A program made the translations under genes and the position numbers. Below, one piece after another: positions 19,119 to 29,882 of a DNA stretch of 64,000 bases. Source of the stretch: a virus; the IMG/VR virus record IMGVR_UViG_3300028920_000065, positions 1-64,000 of that record; one strand, given 5' to 3'. The notes under the pieces are model-generated. The model worked only from the letters and a program-made list of their open reading frames with translations, was not told where the DNA came from and searched no databases. Numbering within the stretch: the first letter of the stretch is position 1; every line of letters starts with the position of its first letter.

Positions 19119-20121
19119 ATGATTTCTCCCAATATTTTTTAAACATTTCTTCAAATTCCTTTTTAAAATCATCATCATCATGATCAAGCTTACACAAAAA
19201 TTCATGATTTAATTCTTCATTAGTTAATATATCAGTATCAACTAATTCTTCACACTGATTTATTATATCATTTTTATATGTCAATGTCAACTTCACAGGA
19301 GAATATTCTCCTAATTTTGTTTCAACCTTTACCCAAAATTCTTCATTACTAGAATTTATAAACACATCTGATATTGTATTATGGCATTTTTTTAACAATA
19401 AAAAATCTTTTTCATCATTAATAATTATTTTTTCATAATACCGTTCTTTCATTTCAAAAGATTCAATTTTATTTGTTTCTGTATTAAGTAAATGGCAATA
19501 TTTTTTTTCAAGTTCTCCTCTATTTTTTTGATATAAGGAACCACAATAAAAAATATTATCTTTTTGCTGAGACATATGATAATGACCCGAAATAATTTTT
19601 TTATATTTCCAATAATCAGTTTTAAAGAGAGAATCTTTTTTTGAAATAGCTTGTCCATGTCTAAATCCAGAAAAATCAAAATGTCCAAAAAGATAATTTT
19701 TTTCGTTATTATGTTTGGATATTTGTTTAGATATTCTAGGAGCATTCAATTCATTTATCCAAGGACAAAAAATTAAATTATCCTTAACATAAACATCATC
19801 AATAATTAATTTTCCTCCTTCAAACATAACTGGAAGAGAGGTTATTTTATTCGTATTTGTATAATAACAATCATGATTTCCAGCAATGACAATATATTCA
19901 CACATTTGAGATATTTCTTTATGAATTTTTTTAAATGTATCTATTATCATAAAATCACCAGCTAATCTTTTATCATATGTATCTCCACAGTTTACAACAA
20001 GATCAACATCCCTTTTTTTAATAATTTCCTTTACATATTCCAATCCTTTTTTCTGATAATTAATAAAAGATTCAGATGAATTTGTTCCATGATGTAAATC
20101 TGAAATAATTAAAATTTTCAT
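19108..20121 (-). CDS. 47: Recombination nuclease subunit gp47 (Mre11/SbcD-like)
   Basis: ISDLHHG, GDTYDKR, AGNHD, PWI, FGHFD, SGHYH, YCGS. Confidence 0.9.
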   Translation of the reverse strand: MKILIISDLHHGTNSSESFINYQKKGLEYVKEIIKKRDVDLVVNCGDTYDKRLAGDFMIIDTFKKIHKEISQMCEYIVIAGNHDCYYTNTNKITSLPVMFEGGKLIIDDVYVKDNLIFCPWINELNAPRISKQISKHNNEKNYLFGHFDFSGFRHGQAISKKDSLFKTDYWKYKKIISGHYHMSQQKDNIFYCGSLYQKNRGELEKKYCHLLNTETNKIESFEMKERYYEKIIINDEKDFLLLKKCHNTISDVFINSSNEEFWVKVETKLGEYSPVKLTLTYKNDIINQCEELVDTDILTNEELNHEFLCKLDHDDDDFKKEFEEMFKKYWEKSYEN

Positions 20122-20129
20122 TGATCCTC

Positions 20130-20558
20130 CTAATTCCATCTTTTTTTATTTGTATTATTTGTAATATTCCATTCTTCAACCTTCACAAATCCATTTGTTG
20201 CCCTTTGGATCTTTTTAGCATTTTTTTCTGAAATTGTCAAAAAACATCTGGATCTATAATTAGTCAATGTCCCAAAGGCAATTTTAGATTTAATAGCGAG
20301 TTGTCTATAAGTTATTTTATTTTTAATCATATACCATTGTAATTTTTCAATGGCAGTATTTAATTCAATAATTGGTTCTTCAAGTCCATAATAAGATAAA
20401 ATTTTTTCTTCATCTTCATCTGTTATTTTATATCGTTTAAATGCAGAAGATAAATAATATTCTCCAAAACCAAGAATTCTAGAAAAATTATTTAAGGAAT
20501 AACATTCTTTCCAGCATTTAAATTTTACAAATCTTCTTAAACTAGTTCTTATTTTCAT
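20130..20558 (-). CDS. HTH (XRE-like) DNA-binding protein
   Basis: KNKITYRQLAIKSKIAFGTLTNY...KKIQRATNGFV. Confidence 0.6.
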   Translation of the reverse strand: MKIRTSLRRFVKFKCWKECYSLNNFSRILGFGEYYLSSAFKRYKITDEDEEKILSYYGLEEPIIELNTAIEKLQWYMIKNKITYRQLAIKSKIAFGTLTNYRSRCFLTISEKNAKKIQRATNGFVKVEEWNITNNTNKKRWN

Positions 20559-20601
20559 TAAATCTCCATATCATAAACAATCTTTCCATTTTTTCATCAT
20601 C

Positions 20602-20856
20602 TTATGCCTCCATAATATTTTTTATTAATAATGTAACAGCATCAATAGTTTCATTAAGAATTTCATTTTTCTCATCAAGTTGAATTGCATTTTCTTGTAA
20701 ATTCTTAGCAACAGTAAACAAAAATGTTAAAATATCATTATTATTTTCAAATTTATCACAATATTCTAAAATATTTCTAAATTCAATATTATTAGAATAT
20801 TGTGATAAATTTACATTTTTTCCTGATGATAAATTCCAATTAGAAGTTTTTAACAT
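20602..20856 (-). CDS. Hypothetical protein
   Basis: 84-aa ORF in operon. Confidence 0.55.
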   Translation of the reverse strand: MLKTSNWNLSSGKNVNLSQYSNNIEFRNILEYCDKFENNNDILTFLFTVAKNLQENAIQLDEKNEILNETIDAVTLLIKNIMEA

Positions 20857-20865
20857 AATTTACCC

Positions 20866-21966
20866 CTATACTTTCAAAATTAATTTACTTTTTGCTCTTG
20901 TAATGGCAGTGTATAGCCATTTTCTTTTTTGTAAATTTGTTGAACCAATTGGTTCAACAATAACAACACAGTTTTCATATTCTGATCCTTGAGATGCATG
21001 TGTTGTAATGCAATAACCAAGGTCAAATTTATCATATTTTTTTAATCCCTTCAATTCTTTTCCAGTCTCCCAAAAATGACTATCAAATTTACATTCAAAT
21101 TTATTATAAGTTATTTCTGGATAAAAATCAAGTCCAGAATATCTTACAACAGTATTTCCAGCCATTCCTATTAATCCATTTGTTAAATATAATTCACCAA
21201 CATTAGTAAAAACATATTTTTCCCAATTATTTTTCTTGCAAATTAATTTTTCTCCTTTTATTGGAAAATCTTTTTCTTTTCCTAATCTCATTAATGTATT
21301 ATATTTCCTTCTTGTTTTATTATATCCACAAATAACTTGATTTGCATTTTTAAATGTTTTTAAAGGAAGTTTATCTACAATCCAAACATTATTTCCATAT
21401 CTACCAATATTTAATTTAGTTCCATTAAAAATAGCTTCTGATAATTCAATAATTGAACTTTCTTTTGCTTGTCTAAGTGGTTCATTCAATCTAATATCTG
21501 GATTTTCTAAAAGGAAATTATTACCTTCTATGGGATCAAGCTGATTGTGATCTCCAATAAAAATAATTGGAATATTAAAAAATAATAAATCATCTATTAA
21601 TTCCTCATTTAACATAGAGCATTCATCAACAATAAAAAGTTTAAAAGATCGTAAATCTGATCTCATTTTCAATATTTTTTCAAAATTTCCTCTTTTATCT
21701 TCTCTAAAATTATAAATTTTTGAATGTATTGTTGAGGAATTTGGATGTCCTTTGGCAGCTAAAACCTGTGCAGCTTTTCCAGTATATGCCATAAAAGAAA
21801 CAACTGATTCACTAATACCAATTTCCTCTATGATATATTTAACCAACGTGCTTTTTCCACTTCCAGCACATCCAGAAAGAACAAAATATTTTTGCTCGTT
21901 CTTCTTATACCATTTTTTTATCTTTTTTAAAACTGATTTTTGAGTTTCAGTTAATATTATTTTCAT
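20866..21966 (-). CDS. SF1B helicase (Dda/RecD-like)
   Basis: GCAGSGKS, AYTGKAA, STIHS, VDECSM, IGDHNQL, YCITTHASQGSEY, YTAITRAK. Confidence 0.9.
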   Translation of the reverse strand: MKIILTETQKSVLKKIKKWYKKNEQKYFVLSGCAGSGKSTLVKYIIEEIGISESVVSFMAYTGKAAQVLAAKGHPNSSTIHSKIYNFREDKRGNFEKILKMRSDLRSFKLFIVDECSMLNEELIDDLLFFNIPIIFIGDHNQLDPIEGNNFLLENPDIRLNEPLRQAKESSIIELSEAIFNGTKLNIGRYGNNVWIVDKLPLKTFKNANQVICGYNKTRRKYNTLMRLGKEKDFPIKGEKLICKKNNWEKYVFTNVGELYLTNGLIGMAGNTVVRYSGLDFYPEITYNKFECKFDSHFWETGKELKGLKKYDKFDLGYCITTHASQGSEYENCVVIVEPIGSTNLQKRKWLYTAITRAKSKLILKV

Positions 21967-22083
21967 AAACAATCTTCCATCTTATCAAAGTGTATTTTAA
22001 CTCTAAATATATCATAATAAAATAGATTTGTCAACACTTTTTTAAAAGATTTTAAAATTACTGTTTTTGATTTAAAATAAAAT

Positions 22084-22422
22084 TTAGATTTCTTCTGAAT
22101 CATCTAAAGATGTATCTGCCATATCATAATTTTCTGTTTTTCGAAAAAATTCATATTCCATTGTTAAGCGGGTTTTAATATCATCAATAATATCTGCTGT
22201 TTCTAATTCCTCATATGAAAGAACTGAATCTTCCTTTAAAAAAAATTTTTTTCTTTCACCATTAGGTTTTACTGAAAAAGTTACTGACCTAAATGGTTGG
22301 CAGATACAAACAATCCCACGGGGTGTTTTAACATCTACTATTCTACACACATCCTTAAATTTTTTTCCATCATATTCTCCAATAAAATCAATGTGCGTTT
22401 TTGTTATTCCAATAACAATCAT
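22084..22422 (-). CDS. Hypothetical protein
   Basis: 112-aa ORF with GGAGG RBS. Confidence 0.65.
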   Translation of the reverse strand: MIVIGITKTHIDFIGEYDGKKFKDVCRIVDVKTPRGIVCICQPFRSVTFSVKPNGERKKFFLKEDSVLSYEELETADIIDDIKTRLTMEYEFFRKTENYDMADTSLDDSEEI

Positions 22423-22910
22423 AAATATTCCTCCTGTCCTTTTAAAAGTTCTTCTTTAATTTTTACTAATTTCTTAATATCATTTTGGTCTTTTTTAATT
22501 ATTTTTTTTGCAATTTCTCTTGCAGTTGAATTTTCAGTAAATTTAAAAAAATATGTGAATTCATCCCTATTAGATTCCTTCAAAAAACTCTTGAAAGCAA
22601 GAAAAGCTGCTTCAATAAAATTTGTAGATTTAAGAAACATTAACCATAAAACAAATGAATTTGGAGAAATAAATTTTCCATCTTTATTTTTTATAAGATT
22701 TAATTCTGGATTTTTATTCTTGGAATTCCATCTAATCCAAGAACCATATTCATCAATGATAGAAAAATATAATAAATTTTCCTTTGTCCATCTTTTACAA
22801 GATTTAAGATATTTTTTTCTAGATGTTTTAAACAAAATCAATTTTTCTTGATATATTCTTCTTTGATTTTTTAACATTTTTTCAAATTGATCCTCTGAAT
22901 ATATTCTCAT
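22419..22910 (-). CDS. Hypothetical protein, possibly diverged gp59 helicase loader
   Basis: Weak resemblance only (MRIYSEDQFEK; FISPNSFVLWLMFL). Confidence 0.35.
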   Translation of the reverse strand: MRIYSEDQFEKMLKNQRRIYQEKLILFKTSRKKYLKSCKRWTKENLLYFSIIDEYGSWIRWNSKNKNPELNLIKNKDGKFISPNSFVLWLMFLKSTNFIEAAFLAFKSFLKESNRDEFTYFFKFTENSTAREIAKKIIKKDQNDIKKLVKIKEELLKGQEEYL

Positions 22911-23092
22911 TTTATTCTCCATAATAATAAAAAAACTATTATAATAAATTCAATTGAACTTATTATTTTATATAAATCAATTTTTTCCCTCAATAAATAA
23001 TTTTCAAGCATTTGACTTTCAATAATTTTAAAAGTTTTAGAATCAAGTTTTTTCTTCAAAGTATCAATTGTTATCTTTGTTTTTTTAATCAT
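22907..23092 (-). CDS. Small protein with C-terminal TM
   Basis: 61 aa; 4-bp overlaps with neighbours. Confidence 0.55.
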   Translation of the reverse strand: MIKKTKITIDTLKKKLDSKTFKIIESQMLENYLLREKIDLYKIISSIEFIIIVFLLLWRIK

Positions 23093-23580
23093 AACTCCTC
23101 AATTATTCCACCATTATTAATAATCCAATTGTTTATGATATTACATAAATCAGATTTTTCTGGTGTAATAAAAGTCAAAATCTTTTTGGCAATGAATCCT
23201 AATTCTGTATCAATATCAATTGTTCTATCAGAAAACGAATATATTTTTTCATTTTTAATATCATAAAACATAAAAATATCCCTATCATTTTTATTTATTC
23301 TCTTTAAGGCATTATCAATATTTAATTCTAATAAATTTTCAAGAAATATTTTGAAATCAATTATAAATTTTACATCTTTATTAATATCTGTATTAATAAA
23401 AAAATCATAAATTATTATTTTATGATTTCTTTCATTTTTTTTCAAATTTTCAAAAAATGTTGCATTTCTATGTATTTTCCTAAATTTAATCAAAACACAA
23501 TCTTGATTTTTTGTTTTTCTTTCAATTTTAATTTTAGAAAAATTAAAGAATTTTTCTGCAAGTTTTTTTAAACGGCTCAT
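23089..23580 (-). CDS. Hypothetical protein
   Basis: 163-aa ORF directly after gp46. Confidence 0.65.
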   Translation of the reverse strand: MSRLKKLAEKFFNFSKIKIERKTKNQDCVLIKFRKIHRNATFFENLKKNERNHKIIIYDFFINTDINKDVKFIIDFKIFLENLLELNIDNALKRINKNDRDIFMFYDIKNEKIYSFSDRTIDIDTELGFIAKKILTFITPEKSDLCNIINNWIINNGGIIEEL

Positions 23581-26001
23581 TTAATTTACCTCTGTTATTG
23601 TATAATTACTAAATCCTAATTTTTTTTCCACTTCTATCAAAGTATCAGCAATTTCTATGATAGGTTCCCTATGTGAAATAATATTAACATAAGGAATATT
23701 TTCTTTTAAGGATGTCATGACATCTTTCAAAGCTTCTGGATCAAGATTGCTATCAAAAACTTCATCAAGAAATATTAAAGGAAAAATAATTCCATTTTTC
23801 TTTTTATATAATTCAATAAAAGTAAAAATATTTGCAAGATTAATTTGCTTTGATTCTCCATTAGAAAGATCCCAATAATCAATATCATTTCCTCTTTGAA
23901 TAACATTTGCATCAAGACCTTTAGAATCAGAAAAAATGAGAGAAAAAGGAGATCTAAGTTTTTCAAGATATTTTTTTGAAAATAAATTCAATATATCAAG
24001 ATATTTTTTAATAATATATTTTTTAATTCCTTTATCGGAAACAACATAAATCATTTTTTCAACAAGTTTTTTTTGCTTCTCTATTTGTTTTATTTTTTCC
24101 TTTGTTTCCTTTTGATATTCAAGATTCAATTCAAGTGCTTTTCTATTAATTTTTCTTTCTTTTATTCTTTTTAAAATATTTTTTTCTGTTTCTATTTCAG
24201 AAACAATCTTTCTAATTTCCTCATTCTTATTATTATTATATAAAATTTTTTCATTTATTTCTTCAATAGTTTTAGAATCAATATCAATTTTTTCTTTTAA
24301 TTCATTTCGTTTTGTTTTTAAATCAGCATATAATTCTAAATCAACTTCAACTTCTTTCATAGCTTGGAACTGGGATATTTTACTTGCAATTTCATTTTGT
24401 AAATTATATTGTTCCTCTTTTTCTTTTTTCTCTTTTTTTAAATTATCTTCTTTTCTAGAAAATTCTGCAATATTCAATTCAATCTCTTTATACCTTTCAC
24501 TAAAATCAACATCATTAAAATCTATTTCAGAAAGAAATGTTTCTTCACTTTTAATTTTTTCTTTTAATTTATCAATTTTATTAGTTAATTCTTTTAATTC
24601 TTTTAATTTATCAATTTCAATTTGTTTGGTTTGCTGAAGTTGTTTTAAAGCAAATAGTATTTTTTTCTTTTTAGATTGTAAAATATTTATTTCTTCAAAA
24701 AGTTCTAAAATACGATCATTTTTAAATTCGTCTGTTAAAATACTTTTACATTCATTACAAATATCATTTGTTTTATAATATTCTATTTGTTTTTCATAAT
24801 CTTCTATATTAATCTTAGCCGCATGTATTTTTCCAGATGTAATATTTATATCAATTTTTTCTATTTTATCCTCTGTATTTAATATTTGAGTTTCAATATC
24901 TGGATATTTTATTTGATTTAATTTATCTAATTCATTTTTTAGCCCTTCAATTATTTTCTTTTTTTCTAAATATTTTTGATTGTCGGCTTTTATCTTTTCT
25001 TCACCACTTTTTATATTTTTATAATTTCCTTTTAATTGCATCAATTGTATAAAAACATTTTGAATTTTTTCAGATAATTCTGATAATTCCTCGTATTTAA
25101 CTTTTTTCCCAACATTTAACTGAAGATTTTCAATTTCTTTTCTAAGTTTTTCCGTTTGCTGTTTATTATCTTTATTTCTCCGAATAGTATTTTCAATTGT
25201 TGAAATTTGAGTTTCAACTTTTATTAAATCCTCTTTAAACTCTTTATATATTTTTTGTAGTTTATTATATTCAATCTCATTTATATTTTTTAAAGTTTTT
25301 TCAATTTCTTTCTTTTCATTCACCAAATCATTTATTTTAGTGGAAAGATTTTTAATTTCTTCTTTCTTTTCATTTTCCTGCTCTTCAATGATTGCTCTAT
25401 TAGATTGTTCTTGTGTTCTAATGCTTTCATATTTTCCTTCTAAAGAAGATAACTTCATTGTGAGTATATTAAGTTCAGCCTTTGTCATATCTTTCATTTT
25501 ATCATATCTTTCAAGTTCAAAAAGCCTCATTATAAAATCTTTTCTTTCTGTTGATTTCAATTCCATAAAAGGAGTATAAAATCTTTCAGATAAAAAATTA
25601 ATATGATTGAGAACTTTTTTATCAATATTAAAAAGATTTTCTATAATTTCATTTAAACCATTCTTTCCAGTAAATGCTAATTCCTCTCCATTTTTCTTAA
25701 TATATTCTTTATCTGGTTTAAATTTTCGACATAATTCATATTTATCATCATTTACAGAAAAAAACAATTTTAACATTACATTCTTTTTATTTTTTCTATT
25801 AGGTATATTTTTAATTGATTTTTTAGAATAAGTTTTTCCAAATAATAAAACATGAATTGCATCAAGAATTGTTGATTTACCAGAGCCAATATGTCCCCTA
25901 TAAACATAAATTTTTTCAGGTTCAATTTTTATTTCAACACCTTTTTTTCCAATAGAAAGAAAATTCTTAACAATAAGTTTTTCTAATTTTACATTAGTCA
26001 C
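23581..26001 (-). CDS. 46: Recombination ATPase gp46 (Rad50/SbcC-like)
   Basis: KNFLSIG, GHIGSGKST, coiled coil with CNEC zinc hook, LSNGE signature, FLDEVFD, ISH. Confidence 0.92.
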   Translation of the reverse strand: MTNVKLEKLIVKNFLSIGKKGVEIKIEPEKIYVYRGHIGSGKSTILDAIHVLLFGKTYSKKSIKNIPNRKNKKNVMLKLFFSVNDDKYELCRKFKPDKEYIKKNGEELAFTGKNGLNEIIENLFNIDKKVLNHINFLSERFYTPFMELKSTERKDFIMRLFELERYDKMKDMTKAELNILTMKLSSLEGKYESIRTQEQSNRAIIEEQENEKKEEIKNLSTKINDLVNEKKEIEKTLKNINEIEYNKLQKIYKEFKEDLIKVETQISTIENTIRRNKDNKQQTEKLRKEIENLQLNVGKKVKYEELSELSEKIQNVFIQLMQLKGNYKNIKSGEEKIKADNQKYLEKKKIIEGLKNELDKLNQIKYPDIETQILNTEDKIEKIDINITSGKIHAAKINIEDYEKQIEYYKTNDICNECKSILTDEFKNDRILELFEEINILQSKKKKILFALKQLQQTKQIEIDKLKELKELTNKIDKLKEKIKSEETFLSEIDFNDVDFSERYKEIELNIAEFSRKEDNLKKEKKEKEEQYNLQNEIASKISQFQAMKEVEVDLELYADLKTKRNELKEKIDIDSKTIEEINEKILYNNNKNEEIRKIVSEIETEKNILKRIKERKINRKALELNLEYQKETKEKIKQIEKQKKLVEKMIYVVSDKGIKKYIIKKYLDILNLFSKKYLEKLRSPFSLIFSDSKGLDANVIQRGNDIDYWDLSNGESKQINLANIFTFIELYKKKNGIIFPLIFLDEVFDSNLDPEALKDVMTSLKENIPYVNIISHREPIIEIADTLIEVEKKLGFSNYTITEVN

Positions 26002-26029
26002 AATATTAATCTCCTTTATATAACTAATA

Positions 26030-26059
26030 ATTTTATACACGTTTTTTTAAGAATGTAAA
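26030..26059 (-). promoter_or_regulatory. Early/middle-type promoter upstream of gp46
   Basis: TTTACATTCTTAAAAAAACGTGTATAAAAT. Confidence 0.75.
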
Positions 26060-26069
26060 GAGTAAAATT

Positions 26070-26100
26070 AAAAAAAGTGCTGATATTTCTACCAGCACTT
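26070..26100 (-). terminator. Rho-independent terminator after groEL
   Basis: AAGTGCTG-N10-CAGCACTT stem followed by T-run on minus strand. Confidence 0.8.
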
Positions 26101-26128
26101 AACACATGGGGACGAGAAATGGATAAAA

Positions 26129-27724
26129 TTACATCATGCCATTATTCATAGGCATTACATTTTCTTCTTCATCATAAATTACTGCTGTTTCCATAGTCAA
26201 AACAATTCCAGCCAAAGAAACAGCATTCAAAAAAGCCGCCTTTGTAACCTTTGCTGGATCTATAATTCCAGCCTCATACATATTATCAACATAATCCATG
26301 GATATTACATCAAAACCATATCCAATTTTTTCAAGATTATTTATTACAACATCAACACGTCCACCGGCATTTGCAACAATTTGTTTCATTGGAGAAAGAA
26401 TTGCTTCTTTTATAATAGTTTCACCAATATTTTCAGCATTTAATTTTGTTGAAATTTTTGCAAGACAAGTTCCACCACCTTCAACAATTCCATCTAAAAG
26501 TGCTGCTTTTGTTGCATTTAAGGAATCTTCTACTCTATCTTTCTTTTCTTTCAATTCTATTTCTGTCATTGCTCCAATATAAAGAACACCAATTCCACCA
26601 GATAATCTACCAAGCCTTTTTTGAAGTCTTTCTTTTTCATGATCAGATGTAGTTTCTTTCATTGTTTTTTTAACAAGATCAATTCTCTTGCTAACATTTG
26701 ATTTCAATCCAAGTCCACCAACAAGAGTTGTTTGATCTTTTGTGACAATAACTTTTCTAACACCACCAAGATGATTTGTTCCAATTTTTTCAAGTGAAAT
26801 TCCTTCATTTTTACCACAAACAGTTGCTCCTGTATATGCAGCAATGTCTTGAAGGATATTTATCTTTTCTTGACCAATTTCTGGTGACTTTGTTGCACAA
26901 AATCTTATTTTACCTTGAAGTTTATTTTGAATTATAAAATGGAGAACAGAATCTTCAATTTCATTTGCTATCATGAAAACTGATTTATTAGTCTTATTTG
27001 CACTTGTCAAAACAGGAATGAGTGCTTCTGGTGAATTTACTGTACCATTATAAATTAAAACTATAGCATCCTCAAGAATTGCTTCATTTCTTTCAATATT
27101 GGTGACAAGATATTGAGATATCCATCCCTTATCATATCCCATTCCCTCTTCAACTTTAGCAAATGTATTTGTATCAGGAGAATTTTCAATTGTAATTACT
27201 CCATCATCCCCTACCTTTTTAAGAGCATCAGATATAAGGCTTGCAATTTCTTCATCTCCATTGGCAGAAATTTTTGCAATCTGATAAATTTCTTCATCTG
27301 TTGTTATTTCTTTTTTTGATTTTTCAATTTCTTCAACAACAACTTTAGCAATTTTATCCATTTCTCTTTTTATTTGCATTGGATCATGACCTGCGGCAAG
27401 ATATTTCATTCCTTCTTTAATCATTGCTTGAACAAGAACAGTTGCAGTTGTAGTTCCATCACCTGCTTCATAATTTGTCTGATTTGCTGCTTCCTTAAGA
27501 AGCATCGAACCAGATTTCATTGCTGAATCTCTAAAATTAATTGATTTGGCAACAGTAACTCCATCCTTTGTAACATTTGGAAGTCCAAATTCTCTTTGTA
27601 TCAATGCGGTCCTACCTCTTGCGCCAAGTGTTACCTTAACAGCATCAGCGGTTTTATTGAGCCCTTCAAGAATTTTTTCTCTTGCTTCATTTCCAAAAAT
27701 TACATCATTTGTTTTATCATACAT
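26129..27724 (-). CDS. groEL: Chaperonin GroEL
   Basis: AVKVTLG, TKDGVTVA, AGDGTTTATVL, EKKDRVED, GIVEGGG, GIIDPAKV. Confidence 0.96.
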   Translation of the reverse strand: MYDKTNDVIFGNEAREKILEGLNKTADAVKVTLGARGRTALIQREFGLPNVTKDGVTVAKSINFRDSAMKSGSMLLKEAANQTNYEAGDGTTTATVLVQAMIKEGMKYLAAGHDPMQIKREMDKIAKVVVEEIEKSKKEITTDEEIYQIAKISANGDEEIASLISDALKKVGDDGVITIENSPDTNTFAKVEEGMGYDKGWISQYLVTNIERNEAILEDAIVLIYNGTVNSPEALIPVLTSANKTNKSVFMIANEIEDSVLHFIIQNKLQGKIRFCATKSPEIGQEKINILQDIAAYTGATVCGKNEGISLEKIGTNHLGGVRKVIVTKDQTTLVGGLGLKSNVSKRIDLVKKTMKETTSDHEKERLQKRLGRLSGGIGVLYIGAMTEIELKEKKDRVEDSLNATKAALLDGIVEGGGTCLAKISTKLNAENIGETIIKEAILSPMKQIVANAGGRVDVVINNLEKIGYGFDVISMDYVDNMYEAGIIDPAKVTKAAFLNAVSLAGIVLTMETAVIYDEEENVMPMNNGMM

Positions 27725-27725
27725 T

Positions 27726-27995
27726 TTAAATTACCTCCTTCACAATTATTTTTTTAATTTCTATCGCATAAATTTCATCTAATTCATCTAATTTAATGGC
27801 ATATTCTTTTTTAAAATACACAATATCTCCTTTTTTTAATTCTTCATCAATATTATTCAATACTTCAGCTTTGACTAAGCCAGCATTCAATTTTTTCTTT
27901 TCTGGCATAATAAATTCATTATTGTCTTTTTCTTTTTTGTTTACATTATCAATAATATTAACGATAATATAACCATTTAAACCTTCATACTTCAT
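27726..27995 (-). CDS. groES: Co-chaperonin GroES-like
   Basis: 89 aa directly upstream of groEL; LNGYIIV, FIMPE, LKKGDIVYF. Confidence 0.7.
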   Translation of the reverse strand: MKYEGLNGYIIVNIIDNVNKKEKDNNEFIMPEKKKLNAGLVKAEVLNNIDEELKKGDIVYFKKEYAIKLDELDEIYAIEIKKIIVKEVI

Positions 27996-27996
27996 T

Positions 27997-28404
27997 TTAA
28001 GCTCCCATTCTAAATTTTTCATACTGAATTATGTTACTGATATTTTGTTGTAAATCTTTCAAGTATTTTATTAATCTTTCACAATTATCCAACTTATTCT
28101 TTAGTTTATTTATAGAATCGTTTAAATCCATCAATTCTTTCTCAGAATTTTTAATATAAAAATCACGTTCTGATTTACTCGTAAAAGCTGAAAAAATATC
28201 CTCCTCGGATTCATCTTTATAAAAATCATATCTTTCCTTCAATTTTTCATTATATTTTCTTTGTAAAATAATACACGATTCCATTATACCATCAGTCATT
28301 CCAATAATTTTTGAATAAATTGATGGAATTTTTTTGGATACTTTTGTAATATCATTCCTTTGTAAATCCGTTTCTTCATATATTTTTGTAATAAATTCCT
28401 TCAT
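27997..28404 (-). CDS. uvsY: Recombination mediator UvsY-like
   Basis: Helical protein, KIPSIYSK..., C-terminal NISNIIQYEKFRMGA typical of UvsY. Confidence 0.7.
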   Translation of the reverse strand: MKEFITKIYEETDLQRNDITKVSKKIPSIYSKIIGMTDGIMESCIILQRKYNEKLKERYDFYKDESEEDIFSAFTSKSERDFYIKNSEKELMDLNDSINKLKNKLDNCERLIKYLKDLQQNISNIIQYEKFRMGA

Positions 28405-28434
28405 TATCTCAACCTCCTTATTCAAGTTTCTATT

Positions 28435-28464
28435 ACTTTATACAAATTTTTTTAAGAATGTAAA
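28435..28464 (-). promoter_or_regulatory. Early/middle-type promoter for uvsY-groES-groEL
   Basis: TTTACATTCTTAAAAAAATTTGTATAAAGT. Confidence 0.7.
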
Positions 28465-28482
28465 GAATAAAATTAAAAAAAA

Positions 28483-28504
28483 TAAATAATATTGAATATA
28501 TTAT
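28483..28504 (+). promoter_or_regulatory. Late-type promoter with inverted repeat
   Basis: TAAATAATATTGAATATATTAT just before AGGAG RBS. Confidence 0.65.
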
Positions 28505-28518
28505 AGGAGTTTTCAAAC

Positions 28519-29880
28519 ATGCCATCATTCAATACATCAATTTATGGAATATGTGGAAGAAGAAGAGTTGCAAACCCAGAACTAAAAATATTAGTACTAA
28601 CAAACAGTACAGATAGTATGCGACCACGACCAGAAAGTCAAATCATTTCAGACAGCAACAATATTTATTTTGTTTGTACGGATGAGGCAACAAAAAGTTT
28701 TATAATAAAATCTAATTTTGATTTTTCTGTAATAACTGAAAAAGAACTAGATTTAGGAGGCACTACAAAAAGAACTTTAGAATCACCAGCTTGGGCAAAA
28801 ACAGATAAAAGTGAAATAATTATAGGTGGTGATGAAAACACTAACAATGCTGGTGGTTATCCAGCAGCAGATTACAATAAAGAAATTACACGAATTACAG
28901 CATCTACATTATCAGCAGTTTCAACATACCCTACTGGTCATAATCCAGCTGTTAGGACATCAGGTACATATAATAACTCCACAATATATAATCAATTATT
29001 AAATAGTTCTGGTGATTTAATAATGGTCGGAAAAGGATATGCCCAAGGTAATAATTATTCGAGACATAATTCAAGTTTCGTTGAGCAAAGCTACAAATTT
29101 ATTGATTATCCATATATTATTTCCGGTAGTGACATCACAGGCGATATTTTGTATATTGCTGGTCAACAGTACGTAACCAGAATAGATACGAGTACAGATA
29201 CGATAGACGCAGCTTACGATTTTGTTAATGGCGCAATTACTTTTTATCTTAGACGTGTTATTTACGGATCAGATGGCGCCGTGTATGTCGCTGGTTATTA
29301 TATATCAGGCGCAAGCGCAGCAAAAGGATGGATAGCAAAGCTATCGTCCGATCTAACGACAAAAACCTGGGAAAAAGATTTCAATATTACAGCGTCAAAT
29401 TCAGATACTAGATTTTTTGGTATTTGTGAGCATCAAGGGAAACTGTATGTGACTGGAAAATATACAGACCTGAGCAGCAATACATATGGTTTTGTGGCAC
29501 GTGTAAATATGTCAACTGGGAATTTCGAACAGTGCATTGGAATAACCGAAGTAACGAACTCATATATATTTAATAATATTATTGAATCCATTAATAATAA
29601 TCTTTATGTTGGCGGATATTCCCGCCCCTATAACGCTGCAAGAAACGAGCCAACAGTAATAGGATTATTTAACCAGACAGATTTAACATGGTTAAACGGA
29701 AAGTCAACCTCAGGTAACGAATACTCATTTGCAACTGAGGCTTTTACTCAGTCCGCACCAGGATCTACTTATGCCGCCAGTGGTGCAACAATATCAAATC
29801 CCTCGACTGGAACTTCTACAAAACAAGGTAAGGATCTTGGAAATTCAGGAACATTAACAGATACAGTTTATACGGAGTAA
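28519..29880 (+). CDS. Probable virion-associated beta-propeller-like protein
   Basis: Ser/Thr/Gly-rich, repeated blade-like motifs (GAVYVAGY, GKLYVTGK, NNLYVGGY); late promoter. Confidence 0.55.
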   Translation: MPSFNTSIYGICGRRRVANPELKILVLTNSTDSMRPRPESQIISDSNNIYFVCTDEATKSFIIKSNFDFSVITEKELDLGGTTKRTLESPAWAKTDKSEIIIGGDENTNNAGGYPAADYNKEITRITASTLSAVSTYPTGHNPAVRTSGTYNNSTIYNQLLNSSGDLIMVGKGYAQGNNYSRHNSSFVEQSYKFIDYPYIISGSDITGDILYIAGQQYVTRIDTSTDTIDAAYDFVNGAITFYLRRVIYGSDGAVYVAGYYISGASAAKGWIAKLSSDLTTKTWEKDFNITASNSDTRFFGICEHQGKLYVTGKYTDLSSNTYGFVARVNMSTGNFEQCIGITEVTNSYIFNNIIESINNNLYVGGYSRPYNAARNEPTVIGLFNQTDLTWLNGKSTSGNEYSFATEAFTQSAPGSTYAASGATISNPSTGTSTKQGKDLGNSGTLTDTVYTE

Positions 29881-29882
29881 TT

